Positions 11,501-24,570 of a stretch of 64,000 nucleotides of DNA are shown one piece after another. The notes under the pieces are model-generated. The model saw nothing but the letters and a program-made list of their open reading frames with translations, had not been told where the DNA came from and did no database searches. The position numbers and the translations under genes were made by a program. The first letter of the stretch is position 1. Each line of letters begins with the position of its first letter. Source of the stretch: Lama guanicoe (taxonomy: Eukaryota); NCBI GenBank assembly GCA_013239625.1, contig MU054212.1, positions 6,112,270-6,176,269 of the forward strand. The letters are read 5' to 3'.

Positions 11501-14500
11501 GGGACAAGGCTCATGTAAAGTGAAGTGTGAAAATCCCTTGAGAAAGAAACATAGGCACAAAAGACAAAACAAAAATAAAAAAAAAATACAAAACCAAAGA
11601 TCATTTCTGCTATGCTTATCTCTGACACAGAACTGATATAAAAAAGTTCTGTTTTTAACCTCTAAAGCAGGTTTTCTTAAATTAGTTAATACATGTAAGG
11701 AACAATGCCTGGCACAGAATATCGGTTTAAAGTGAAAGCTATTCTGAGTTTGTAAGGATATGTAAAAGAAGAGCTGTTAATTAGATAAACCAGCTCTATA
11801 GATGACGCAGCAGTGGGCTGCGAGATCTCGTAAGTATTTCTCTATAACTTGAAGTTCTGGGTCCGAGAATGTTGGTTTTCCAGACAGTGAATTAAGTAAA
11901 CTTGAGGGTCTATACAGTATCCAAACAGTGTTTGAAAGTGGTGATACAGTCCTGTTTAAAACAGTTGTGAGGGAAACGTCCAACTGGTTTAAAACTTGTC
12001 TCTACATTGTCATCAATGGCACGTTGCAGCAACAACGTTATTAAAAGTGCAACTTCACCAACGTGTGACATGTACCTTTGACTCTTTTCCTTACTTCATC
12101 TCACCAGATTGTTTTACATTTTATTTTGTTTTCATTTACAAAGTTGATAAATACCCAGGCTCTGGTCCCAGTGTGGGTTTAAACTTTGTTCTAAATGCTT
12201 GAATAATGTCCCAGATTCTGTCTCCTTTTTTTAAAGCAACAGCCTTTCAGCCTAGCATGAGTCACTCCTTAAACAGATGTGAGTTTTCCTATTGGCAAAG
12301 CCTGTGATCCCCATCTGCAATCCCAGTGTTAACACCTCCTTGAGAGTTTCCAAACCTGGGTAATCATGTAGATAACATCGTGTTTTATCAAGTTCCCTCC
12401 ACTCCTAAGAGAACGAGGTTCATTCAGTAAATATTCTGTACTCGATATTTTAGAGGCCAGCAAAACAGGAGGGCTTTAAAACATTCAGTGCCTTTCAAAC
12501 TGGCCCAGCCTCTTTCAGGGGTCCCCCCCATTTCTGGAGTGCGGGCCACAGATGCCTTGGGAAAAGATATAGGCACCTTCATGTTTACAGCATCCCTTTC
12601 TAGAGGTTACCTAACTTTGGCTTTGTTTAAAGCTAGTGAAGAACTCACTACCTGACAAGGCAGCCCATTCTATTTTTAAGAAACTTGATAGTTGGAAGGC
12701 TCTTGCTTATGTTCCTTCTAAATGTGCCCATTAGGTTTGCCCAGACTCAGGTGCCCTTTGAAGAAAAGTGGAATGAGTGCATCTCTCATGCAGGCGGTTT
12801 TTCAGCTTTATCAAGACAGCCGTGATGCTCTCTCCTCCTCTCTTTTCTCTGGCTCCTGAAAGAGGTGGGAGGGAATTATGCCTTGGGATTTACTATAAAT
12901 GTGAATCTAGTTGTATTTAAACTACTTCATACATAAAGACCAACAACCAAAAAAAATCTCCAGAAGACATAGGAAATTAAAATGTGCTTGAAATCAACTG
13001 GGAAATTTTCCTTGAAAGAGGCATATAGAATTTATTCTTTCTCAGTAGGTATCCTTGGGTGGTGGGTCACTTTTAGTGTTTCTTTTGCTTTTCTAAGAAT
13101 GAATATAATTTTGAAATGAAATAAAACAGCATGTGGGGGCTGACATGTTGACTGTGTAGGGGCAGTTCCGTGGAGTACATCATTCTTGAGTGGCCCACCA
13201 GGTTTTGAGTTTCTTAAAGGCAAGGGCTGTCTTATTATTCTTAGTATCACCAGTGCCTAGTATAATACCTTGCACAAAGCTGGCCTCAATAAATGCTTCC
13301 TGAATTGAATTTATCCTAATTTCCAGAAGTGGCGAGATCACCAAAGAGAGATACAGATCAGTCAAAGAGGGGTTGAAATTACTTTAAGGAAGATTTTTTT
13401 TAACTGGACTCTTCTAATCTTGTTCTCTTACCTACCAAAACTGCCCTCGAGGAGACGAAATTATACTGATAACTCTGTGTCAGATGATGTCTAGAGACCC
13501 CCTTGTCCCACCTTAAAAGCCCTGCCTTTTGAAGTATCAGTCTTCTGATAACCCAAAAGTGATGACATCCTATATGTCACAATCGGCATTTTTCCCCTTT
13601 GGGTCAACAGTCATTTTTAACATGGCCTTGGATCGCAAGTGCTTTGAACTAAAAGAGAAATTATCCTGGTAGACAGGAGTGTCTTGGGAAGTATTTTAGT
13701 GTCACGTAGTGTCTAAAAGTAGGAGTTAGAGAAACCCAAGTCCATGACTTGGCAGAGAGATGTAGAAACCCCCAGGAGGAAAGCTGCTTGGGAGTCGCGG
13801 CCAAGGTGGCACTGTGGTTTGCTGAAACTCCCCAAAGCATTCTGACCCAATGACCTACCTCGTGCAGGGCTGGGAGGGCTGTAGATTACAGCACAAGTGG
13901 AATTGACAGAGACCTGTCAGTGCAAAGCTCCCTGCCTCTACGTGCCCTTATTTGAGGACTGTTTGTACTTTAACCAGGTAATTGGTTTACCAGCAGTGCT
14001 TGTCCTAAACAGGAAGCATGGCTCTTTTCTCAGAGTAAAACAGGCACTAATCTTGGGACTTGGCCAAACTCACACCCCTAGGAAGAGGGTGGGAGGGTCT
14101 GGCTCAGCTGACAACAGAAGTCCAGCCAGGAGGGCAAAGGACAGTGTCCTCAGGCAAGGCAATCCCTGTCTGGGAGATCTGCTGCTTGGTGGCGACCTCC
14201 ACTCCCAACCTGCCTGGGTGTCAGGGACAGGCTCTTGGTCCTTGAGGAGAGGAAAAGAAAATGCAAGGCAAAGATCCGGTACCAGGAAAAGCATGGATAA
14301 CTGGCCTGGACGGTTCTGAGTGAGACCTGTTGTCTTGATATAAGTGTAAATGGCATCCCCTTCCATCCTCAACAGGGTTCTGCTTAGGACAATCGGTTAT
14401 GTCATTCTTGGTTTGGGATGCTTGGAAAGATAGCAGACAAATGACTTTTGCACCAGAAACCAAGGCAGAAGCTATCTTTATAAATTGGGGCAAGAGGGCC

Positions 14501-15477
14501 TTGAAATACGAACTGTAGCCCAGGAGGAAGAGGGACAGTAAACATGCTGCCCTTGTAGTTGCTGGGAACCTCAAAGTCAGTGAGGCTTGACGGCTCTGGA
14601 GCTATTCAGGAACCAAAGATAAAAGACCAAATACTATAACAAAAGATGCTCCCAGTGTTCTTAGCACTTAGGAAATTCCAAGAGTTTTTGGAGCTATATG
14701 AAACAGAACCAGGGACAAGGACCAAATATATATTTCTCATAATAAAGCACAGTGTCACAATGCCTTACTTCTAAGTTTCTATTTTTTTTTTCCACCAGGA
14801 GAGTCACAAAAATCCAGTCAGTGGCCTCTAGTCAGGTTGAACAAGTGTAGAGAGATCTAATAGAGGTCTGTTTGGAGTTCTGTGAGCAGCTGAGTTTGAT
14901 AGGTGTAGAGATTTCAGAAAGTGAAAGGGTGATATTCCACCAAAGAAGTTAAGTAAGGAGTACCTAAAAGGTCTTTAAAAAGTAAGAACTGTGTTTTTTT
15001 TTTTTTTTTAAAAAAAAGCCTTATATCAAAGTCTAAAGAACAGTGGAAAACTATTCAATTTGGGGCCTGGCCCTCCATGCCTGAAGCCCAAGATGGGGCA
15101 TGGAGCTCAGGGTCCTGGGTTGTCCATGCAGACTGCAAGGGCCAGGGCAAGGTATCTGAAACTAGAAGGGGCAGGTAAGCTGCAAACTAGAAAAGCAAGC
15201 GACACTAGCATCATGCAGTACAAAGAATAAGGGCTTTGGTGTCAGTTGAGTTTAAATCCTGCTCTCCCACTCATTATATGCACGACCTTTGGTAGTCACT
15301 TAACATCGCTCAAATTCAGTCTTCTGATTTGCAAAATGTGCAGACTTAACCATAGACTTTGTGATTCACTCCCCCAAATTCTCTTCACCTCAGCTGATCT
15401 GTCCAAGCCAATCATGAAAATTTCATTCTCCGTGCTAACGGTTGGGCCACGGATGGCTGAAGAGATACAAAGAAGGA

Positions 15478-15896
15478 TGCTATAGACTGATTTGTGTCCC
15501 CACAAAATTCATATGTTGAAGCCCTAATCCTCAATGTTATGGTGTTTGTATTTGGAGGTGAGGCTTTTGGAAGGTAATTAGAGTTTGATGAGGTCATGAA
15601 GGTGGGGCCTCAAGATGGTATTAGTGCCCTTATTAAAAAAGACATCAGACAGCCGGCACCCTTGTGCTAGCTCTTTCTCTCTCTCTTTCTCGTTCTCTTG
15701 CTCTTTCTCTCCCTGCCATGTGAGGACACAGAGAGAACTTGTCCACAAGCCAGGAAGAATGTGTTCACCAGAACCTGACGATGGTGACACTCTGATCTTG
15801 GAATTCCAGCCTCCGGGCTGTGAGAAAATACATTTCTTCTATTTAAGCCATTCAGTCTGTGGTATTTAGTCATGGCAGCCCACTCTGGCTAATACA
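15478..15896 (+). mobile_element. Solo MaLR LTR (MLT1A-like)
   Basis: TG...CA termini with 5-bp TSD AAGGA (15473-15477 and 15897-15901). Diagnostic text tgtgtccccacaaaattcatatgttgaagccctaat. Confidence 0.9.
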
Positions 15897-18467
15897 AAGG
15901 ACTTAATAAAGGCTCCTGGGAAAGAGTTTCCTTGCTCTGCTAGCAGAACGACAGGAAGTCTCTTTCTCACTTCATATATCAAAAAGCACACAAGTGGCCC
16001 CAGATGCCACCAGCACCCACACCACCAGGGAAATCAGCTTCAGAACACAGCTGACATATAGAACTGAGCAGAATTGTAGGGAAATGGAACCAAAACCCTG
16101 ATGAAACCTTGCCCGAAGCCCGAACAGATTGTTCTTCCTGTTCTGTGAGCCAGTACAATTTCCTACCGTTTGAGGAGCCTTTAGTCCAGTGTCTGTTCCT
16201 TGCAGATTACAGTACCCTAGGGTTATCATGAGGATAAAATCAAATGATGAAAGTTAAGACCTTACTCCAGTGCATAGTACACACAAATCGTAGCCATTAT
16301 TATTTCAGGCAGACAACAGATTTGTAAGTCACTCGACATAGTGATCTTGACTGGGTGATCTATCTGGAAAGAAATTTCCTATCAGTGAGTGAAGGTTATG
16401 ATGAGCAAAAAGAAAGACGACTGGAGTAAGAGGTAGAGAGCTGACCTGGGATTTGCCCCTGGCAAACCAGATTAGATTCTGGTTGACAGCGAGGAAACTA
16501 ACAGAAGAGATTAAGTAGAACTGACATAAATGTTGAGGACTGCAGTCTCCGCCCTAATTTCCGTTTTTCAGCTAGAAGTTGTCCTATGGTCCTAGTATAT
16601 CAAACAGCAGCTCTGCTTTAGAATCTTCAAGTCCTTCCTTTGCGCTCATTCGAGCTCCCATTTGTTAATTTCTCTGGAATGTGCTCTGACGTAAACTCTA
16701 CTTCTGTTTAAATCCTTGTACTATGTAAGCAGGTTAAAATATCAAATTTAAGGCACTCATTTAGTTCTCATTTTATTGTACTCTTCTTTAGATTCAAATG
16801 GCTTAATTACATTTTTAAAGAAAACAATAAAAACATCTGAAAATTACTCCAAAACCACATTGTTTACTTGATGGTAAGCAGTTTCTAAACAAAACCAGTG
16901 TAGCCAGGAACATAGCTATGCTAGGCCACTGGACAGTTCTTCCTTGAATTGTTGTAGCTGGTAATTAAGCTGGTATACATGGTATAATTGTTTGTTTTCT
17001 TTTTTTTCCCTCCGAGTTTTCTATTTTTAGCCATTGCTCTTCTAAATTCTGAATACTCTTCAGTCCTTGAACTACTTATGAAATCATTTCCTTGTTTTTA
17101 GGGAATATGTAAATCATCAAATTAGCTATTATGATCCTAAAGGAAAAATTAAGGAAATTAAGGAAAAGTTTTGACTTGCAAGGATGTTCACTGCAGCATT
17201 ATTTGTAAGAGTAAAAAACAAAATAACCAAATGTCCAGTAATTGGGGATTTGTTAAATCAATTATGGTACAATACATAAAATACCATTAAAATACATGGT
17301 AAATTACACAAATTTTGATGTGTACAAATAAATAACAATATGAATCAACCCAAATACTCTATATAATTCTATTTGTTAATATAGAAGGATACTCCTTTTC
17401 AGTAGTAGAAACCAACAGAGACAGTGGTGCCTCTCAAAATTGTAGGAGTACCAGGCAAACAACCCCGTGATAGGCAAAGAATCAGGACAGCCCTGCGAGG
17501 GTCTGCAGCAGCACCCAGCTAAATGTGATGCGATCTGATGAAGGAGTTACTGTAAAGCAGTGACAGCGCCCAGTGGGAAAGGACCCTTTTGCAAGCGTAC
17601 GTGGGGTACCTAGTGGTAATTCCCAGAAAAACTGTGGTCAAACTAGAAGAAAGTGAAAGTCCTGCATCAGTGACTGTGGGGCTGAGACTCACTGACATTA
17701 AAATGATGATGGTTAATATAGTTCCATGCGTTTTATAAACGGATAAAGCCTTGGAAAACTGGCTCTCTTTTTCCCTATAAAGAATAGTTCTCACTACACA
17801 AATATAGATTACATATTTATACACCTCCAGCAAATTATTTTCAATTACTTTCAAATAATTTAAAAGACTTCACTTGCTTGTAAAGTTATGTTGACATTAA
17901 TATTAATAATTCAATTTCTCAAGAACTCCCTACACTCCTGCGTTTTATGCTAGGCATACAGATAGATGAGAGGAGTACAAGTTTCACTCCAAGCAGAGCT
18001 CATTTTTAAATTATCACTAAATGTGGAGTAACTGTGAGTGACTAGTGACGAGGAATTCCACTTGGCATTTAGCAAACCTTCATCCTGTTCCTACCACGTT
18101 TAAGACCTTATGCTAGATGTTAGGTCTGTAAGGTTGAATGAGATCCCTAATTGGAGAGGCAGACTTGATTACTGCATTTTTAGTTAACCCTTGACATTAG
18201 TGATTTCAAAACCAGAGCATCTAATGTAAAATAAAGAATGAACCACCACTATGATAGCAATGTGAGTAAGGTCAAAGGAATTAATTTGCTCATTGTTCTT
18301 CTCTGTTGCTAGCATAATCCCCTGTTAAGTTTTACCTCAACTATATTCTAGAATAGATCATCTCCCTTAAGCAGTTCTTTTAGACTAAAAGGTTAAAATT
18401 AGAGTTTGGAATTCTTGAGCGTGACCAGAGTAGACTGGCCTGAAGACTTTGCAAAATTTGTTAGTGC

Positions 18468-18785
18468 TTATGGAGAACAGTTATGGGGGTTCCTTAAAAG
18501 ACTAAAAATAGAGTTACCATATGATCTAGCAACCCCACTCCTGGACATATATCTGGAAAAGATGAAAACTCTAATTCAAAAAGATATATGTACCCCAGTG
18601 TTCATAGCAGCGCTATTTACAACAGCAAGGATATGGAAGTAACCTAAATGTATGAATGGATAAAGAAGATGTGGTATATATAAAATAGTACTCAGCCATA
18701 GAAAAGAATGAAATAATACTATTTGCAACAACATGGATGGACCTAGAGATGATCATACCTACTGAAGTAAATCAGACAGAGGAAG
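18468..18785 (+). mobile_element. L1 3' fragment
   Basis: ORF2 C-terminal peptide LWGFLKRLKIELPYDLATPLLDIY...FIAALFTTARIWK, followed by 3'UTR. Confidence 0.9.
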
Positions 18786-19099
18786 ACTGCCAGCGTGGTT
18801 AACCAGGGACCTCACCCCTCTGCATGGCACAGAGAGCTGGCTATTCCTGTCCAACAGGATGAGATAGGTGTTTGGAACTGTATGTTGTTGCCCAGCCCCC
18901 CATTTTCCAACTCTTTAATCAGTTATCTTGGTCTCTGAGTATTTCACAGGGTATCGAGGGTGATTTATTAAGCAGACATAGACCCCCTGAGGAGCTATAG
19001 TTAGAATGAATAAAGATGATAGTGTAATGCCCAGATTGCCGAACTTGGCGCTAATGCCACAATTGGATACCTTTGGGTTGACTCCTGAGTGAATGCATC

Positions 19100-19533
19100 T
19101 CACATAAGTGGGGTCACGTATGAAGAGGTACGTATTGGTTGCAACAGTGCACCACCCAGAGCTCCCCTCCATGACCCAGGCACTCTTTCTCCACCAGCTG
19201 CCACGAGTGATGTCTGCTAGTGCCTCATGGCCAAGTCCCAGCCTAGAAATTGTCCTACCTCCGGATTAGACCTGTCCACAGGGGATGCCTACATCCAGTA
19301 CTCTTCACAGGGAGGCAGGATGTGGAATAAGGCGGGTACAAAGGCCTCAGTGAAGGACAACTCCCTGCCCACCTCCCTCCATGGGCTCTGTTATGATGGC
19401 ATCACAGTCCAAATTCTTCCTTTGCCCAGTCCTAATCTCACTCACAATGGTTGATCCCAAAGTACTACCTAATAACTTTCCTGCATCTAAATTCCTATCT
19501 CAGAGTCTGATTCCTGGGAATTCAACTTAAGAT
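19100..19533 (+). mobile_element. ERVL LTR relic (LTR16-like)
   Basis: 3' end aataactttcctgcatctaaattcctatctcagagtctgattcctgggaattcaacttaagata resembles LTR16. Confidence 0.6.
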
Positions 19534-19549
19534 AATAAACGGTAACAAT

Positions 19550-19810
19550 AATAATGTTAGGAAATACTGAGAGAGGACTTATTATGAACCAGCCACTCTT
19601 CAAAGTGCTTCACATGTATCAGCTCGCTTAATTCTCACAACCCTATGTGGTGGGTGCCATTATTGACCTTGTTTTATAGATGAAGCAAATGAAGCACAGA
19701 GAGGTTAAGCAAGCTATCCAAGGTCACACAGCTGTTGAGTGCCAGAGCTGGGATCTAAGCCTAGGCATTCTGTTTTGAGAGTTCTGCACTCTCAACTGTG
19801 CTGCCTCTTA
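19550..19810. mobile_element. MIR SINE (representative; others at ~5650-5900, 29100-29650, 48170-48380, 51680-51900, 57990-58160, 63300-63460, 63900-64000)
   Basis: MIR core ttttatagatgaagcaaatgaagcacagagaggttaagcaagctatccaaggtcacacagct. Confidence 0.75.
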
Positions 19811-20649
19811 AACACCTGGGATAGTGCTTACTATGTACTTCCACATAACCACTTCCACATCCAGTACCACTGCTGAGAAATTCAGGGCCAAGAAAAATAT
19901 CGAGTTGCCACAAGAAGCAGCTGCGGGCCAAAGTTTGGCAGTGGGCTCAGCTTGCCCACAGCCAAAAGGATCACCCACTCTTGGAGATTCCTAGCTCATC
20001 CCTGGCCTCTGTAGTTGTGTCAGCAGGAGCAGTAATCAGCCATATCAAGGTCACCAGAGAGCAAAGGCTCCTCAGTGCGAATGAAAGACTCCAGTGCCTT
20101 CTTTAAGCAAAGAACATAACAGGGCCAGTGGCTGCTGAGGACAAGGAAAAGACTCCGAGGGAAGCCAAGAATCTCAAAAATCTCAGGCAATCTGGCTCCA
20201 CAGCCAGTCCTCCTGTTCATACTGGACCCACTGCTTCTCAGCAAGGAGGAAGAAGTGGCACCTGTAAGGATGCTAGCAGGTCCAAACGGGGCACTAGAGC
20301 AGACTCCATCCTCTGTTCTACCCCCGCCCTGGAGAGGCATCTATGTTCTTCAAGAAAATGACCCTGATGAATCTCCATTCTGCTTTCCAGTTGTTATTTC
20401 CTGACCTCGGGCCTCACCTCAGCACATGACATTGCCCTGGCCACAAGAATTGTAGCAAGAATTAATGTGAAATGAGTTCGGGACATTAGGAAAGTTTCTT
20501 TGAACTCACAGGCAGTTATCTCACTACCTGCCTAAGAAGGAGATGGGCGTGGAGGAGGCAAGATGAAAGGAAATGACGCTGATGCCCCCAGATTGGCAGC
20601 CCAGAAACCTGCATTTCCTCTGGGTTTGTAGCTGCAGAAGCCAGTACGT

Positions 20650-20835
20650 TCACACTCCTGTATGTAAAATAGATAAACAACAAGGACCTACTGCAGAGCA
20701 CAGGGAACTACACTGAATATCTTTTAATAACCTATACCTGAAAAGAATCTGAGAAAGAATATATATGTGTAACTAAATCACTTTGCTGTACACCTGAAAC
20801 ATTGTAAATCAACTATACCTCAATTTAAAAAAGAA
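20650..20835 (+). mobile_element. Short L1 3'-terminal fragment (artiodactyl type)
   Basis: aaatagataaacaacaaggacctactg...gtaaatcaactatacctcaatttaaaaa. The same family occurs at 33972, 49340 and 52100. Confidence 0.85.
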
Positions 20836-23800
20836 GGAAAAAGCAGCAGCCAGTAAGTCGTCCTTGCTCGTTAAGTCAGTTGCATTGTCTTTGACTGCAG
20901 CAGATGGCAGGGTCATCTCGAGACTAAACTCACATCCCCTCCCCTCCAGACCTATCGATGTTGTTATCAGACAGACATCTGCGAAACTGCTTAAAGCACT
21001 TTTTTCCCCCATAAAGTATTAGTTCAGACTCTTTTGGTTGCAACAACAAGAGCCAACTTTAGCTATCTTACTCAAAACAAAGAACTTTTTGGAAAATTGG
21101 GACATTTCACAGAATCCAAGGACAGAATCCGCACCAGAAGGCAAGAGTAGACCAAAGACTGAAACACCAGAGAGAATCCAAGGTCATCATCCTCTTTCTC
21201 CATCTCTCTCCATCTCTCTCCAGTGCTTCTGCCTTTTTCTTACTGCTAACGGCTCTATTCTGCAGTCCACAAGGAGGAAACATAATGACATGTAGCTTCG
21301 GAATTTTACACATTACAGCCAACATAGAAAGAAACTGATTCGTTTTCTCTCCCTGCCTCCCTTTCTCCTTTCTTTCTCTAAATTTTGAAATCTCTCTGCC
21401 TGAATTTCAAAATGCCTACAGACCTGACTTCTCAGCCCAGCTTAGATCAGGTAGCCAGCCTTGAACTGTAATAAACAGTAGTGAGTGGCTAGGGGCAGGG
21501 TGTTGGGTGCAAGGTCACTTCTAGGAGAGCAGTTACTCTTGCTGAACCAAAAGGATAGAGTGGTTGGAGGGAACAATAAACGGAAAAGAAGTTCCCAGCC
21601 ATACCCATGTGAACAATGAAAGGGAATACAAGGAAATGAAAGCAGTTTTATCAGGGCTGTGGGATTATTTATGAAGTTATTCTTCTAAATTTCATACTTC
21701 AGAACAGAAAATACAAATCAGCAGTTAAAACTGCAACTTCATTGTCTCGCAGACCCGTGTTCCAGCTCCACCACTTACAAGCTGCATGACCTTGTGCCAG
21801 TTATTTAACTTCAGATGACGGTCATAACCCTTGCCCAAGAGTTAAGGATGAAAAGCGTTAAGCTATGTGATGCACTTTCCTGACACATAGTAGGTGCCTT
21901 ATAAGTAGTAGCTAATGTTATTGATGAATTTTCTTTAACTGATTAAAATGCCTTTCCAACACAAAGGAAAATTGGAAAAGGGAGGGAATTTCTGTTGTTT
22001 GTCTGAACCAAGTCATAAATCATTGGTACTGTGAGGAACTCTTTGCTAAGGCCTGGGGGTGAGACCATGCTGGCAGCTTCCTCTACCAGGGAGGTCAGCG
22101 GGTCATGAGATATGAAGTCTGCAATGCGGCACTGCTCTATCGATTGACTCTGAAGGAATTTTTCCACAGGGGATTTGACAGTAGCAGAGGTATTCGCAGC
22201 ATCTCCTTCAGAGCCATCTGGCATTGATTTTTCCTCTGTTTCCTGAAGGAGGAATCTCCAGAGCCTTAAAGTGAAGAACACAATGATCCTTCTCTTACCT
22301 CTGCAACTGTTGACCTGGAATCACCTGATTTTCCATATTCCCTTTAACACAGAGACAAGCTAGAAAGAGGCCGCTACTCTGCTAGAGAAAAGGCTGTGAT
22401 TTCCAAGCTGGCCTTACATATATATGCTGGGCACAGTGGTTCAGTTTACAATTTGTGTTTAGTGTTTATCCCTATGAGTTTTATGTTTCAGGTAGAATTA
22501 ACCCATGGTCAATGTTAATTTTATATTATTCTGACATAAAAATTGTTCCAGTTAAGGTTTGCTTGTTCTTTAAATTATTACTATTCTACAGATCGCTGTT
22601 GATAACTCAAGTTTTGTTTTGTTCTTAATTAAAATATAGTTGATTCACAATGTGGTGTTAGATAAACTTCAGTTTTTGACCAACCTTTTGGCTGTTCACT
22701 CTCATTTGGCCACGGAGTTCCAGATGATTCTCTGAAGCAAATCTAATGAAGCAGTATTATCGTTAAATCTTTTGAGTGTGTTAGTTTATATGTTATGGTT
22801 AGCAACTGTAAACACAAAGGTAAAATACAAGACAAACACACAGAACTGCTTATTTTCCTTTGAGTGGAATCATCTTTGATTAGACTCATATGTAAATTTA
22901 AAAATCAATAGCTTCAAATTTGATGGACTATGTTGATGTGTTTCTGATCACAAAATTGCTCACTAGACCCACATTGGCATTTTAATAGTAACTGGTTTAA
23001 TACGTTGGAAGGGAAGCCTGTTTCATATTGGGACCAATAAAAGAAGAACAAAAGGATGATACAATTCGTTAGAGGTATAAACATACACTACAAAAGAGCT
23101 GTGGTGCCTTCTTAGCAGGCTGGATGCCCAGTGCCTTGATGAAGGATTTACGGAGTTAAGCTCTCTTCTGTTTGTATGATTTTCACATAAAGCTTGGATA
23201 TTGTGCTTTTAATAAACTTTCATTTCACACTGCACTGAAGTTGGAGAAATGCTAAGCTGTTAATAATCCCAGCTGAAATCTTAAAATTAAGAAACTTATT
23301 AGTCCAGTTGACCCACAACATCTCTTCTTTCAACATCAGTTGCTGATTGTAAAGGGACACAGAGTGTAAAGGGACACATCACCTCACCCAGCCTGTCCAG
23401 GCAGCAGCTGTGACAAGGCTTTGCATATCTAGTATGGCATGTGGAGAGTTGCTTCACAGCATGTCATCATGCTGGCCCAGGGGCATGCACCTACGTTTGT
23501 CCATGGCCCGTAATTTCCATGTGGACCGTGTCTCTCCACCCTGTCCCACTTTTCCTGTTGCTTGTACAAAGGATCATAAGACCAAATACAAACAGCGGAG
23601 GGAAAAGAGGAACACAAACACTGCCCCAAACCTATTCGCTCTAGCTCTTTCTTACGGGCACTAGTTAGTTGTTTACTTCAACAACTGAGGACACCATGGC
23701 TCTTTCACGTGGTGCAACTGACATAGATTTGGATAAAATGTCAAAAAATGACCCCTCAACTCTTACAGCTATGCTATTTTTTTAAGAGGAGAGGTTCTTT

Positions 23801-24435
23801 TAGTTTGAGGCACAGAACAATAACTCTTACCACTAATTTTCCCAGAAATGTCCGCATAAAATCCATATAGTATCTGCTGTTGCTACTCCAGATCACTGGA
23901 ATTTCACCTCCGCCGTAATTTCTGTTTGTCCGTTTTTCTATGATATACCTTTCACATTGTGAGGGCATCGGCTAGAAATAAATGATGCGTTAGACCTATT
24001 TATGTACTGGAATTTTCCATTTGTGAAATGGGAATAATAATGTTTACATCTGCTTTATTCTAGGGATATCATTTAATTCCAGAAGGTATTTTCAGTTACC
24101 TGTGTTGTGCCTTGAAAAAAAAAATCGTCAGCCTGTTTTCACTACATCATATGTTATTTTGGGGATTTGGGAGCCCAGAGTGTCAAACTTTTGACATAAA
24201 GGAAACAAGCAGCATAAACAGAACAGACTCAGTCCTACTTAGATATCTGATGGTATATTGGAAAAGATTGGTACTGTGGAAATGCATGCTTGCATAGTGG
24301 CCAGAAACATGGACTTAAGAGGCTGAAATATGTGGCATCAAACTCTGGCTACACCACATGGGGAGTGTTCAAATTTGGGCACATTACTCTCTTAGCCTAA
24401 ATTTTGAAAAGGAAATAAGAAAGAAACAAGTATCA

Positions 24436-24570
24436 GGGGAAGATATAGCTCAGTTGTAGAGTGTGTGCTTAGCATGCACAAGGTCCTGGGTTCAATCCCC
24501 AGGACTTCTACTTCTCAATAAATAAATAGACCTAATTACCTTCCTCCTCACATGCAAGAAAATGTTTTTA
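24436..24570 (+). mobile_element. tRNA-Ala-derived SINE (camelid Vic-1-like)
   Basis: ggggaagatatagctcag (A box)...cttagcat...gggttcaatccc (B box), aataaataga-cctaattacc tail. TSD aagaaacaagtatca (24421-24435) / aagaaacaaatgtca (24571-24585). Confidence 0.85.

Noticed and set aside
13897..14574. Cluster of overlapping 60-140 aa ORFs on both strands
   Set aside because: No recognisable domain or convincing splice boundaries. The segment lies between LTR-like relics (~13400-13700 and ~14590-14760) and has moderately high GC.
22265..22298. - strand donor gag|gtaaga paired with the acceptor at 22265
   Set aside because: The implied intron is only 34 nt, too short for the mammalian spliceosome.
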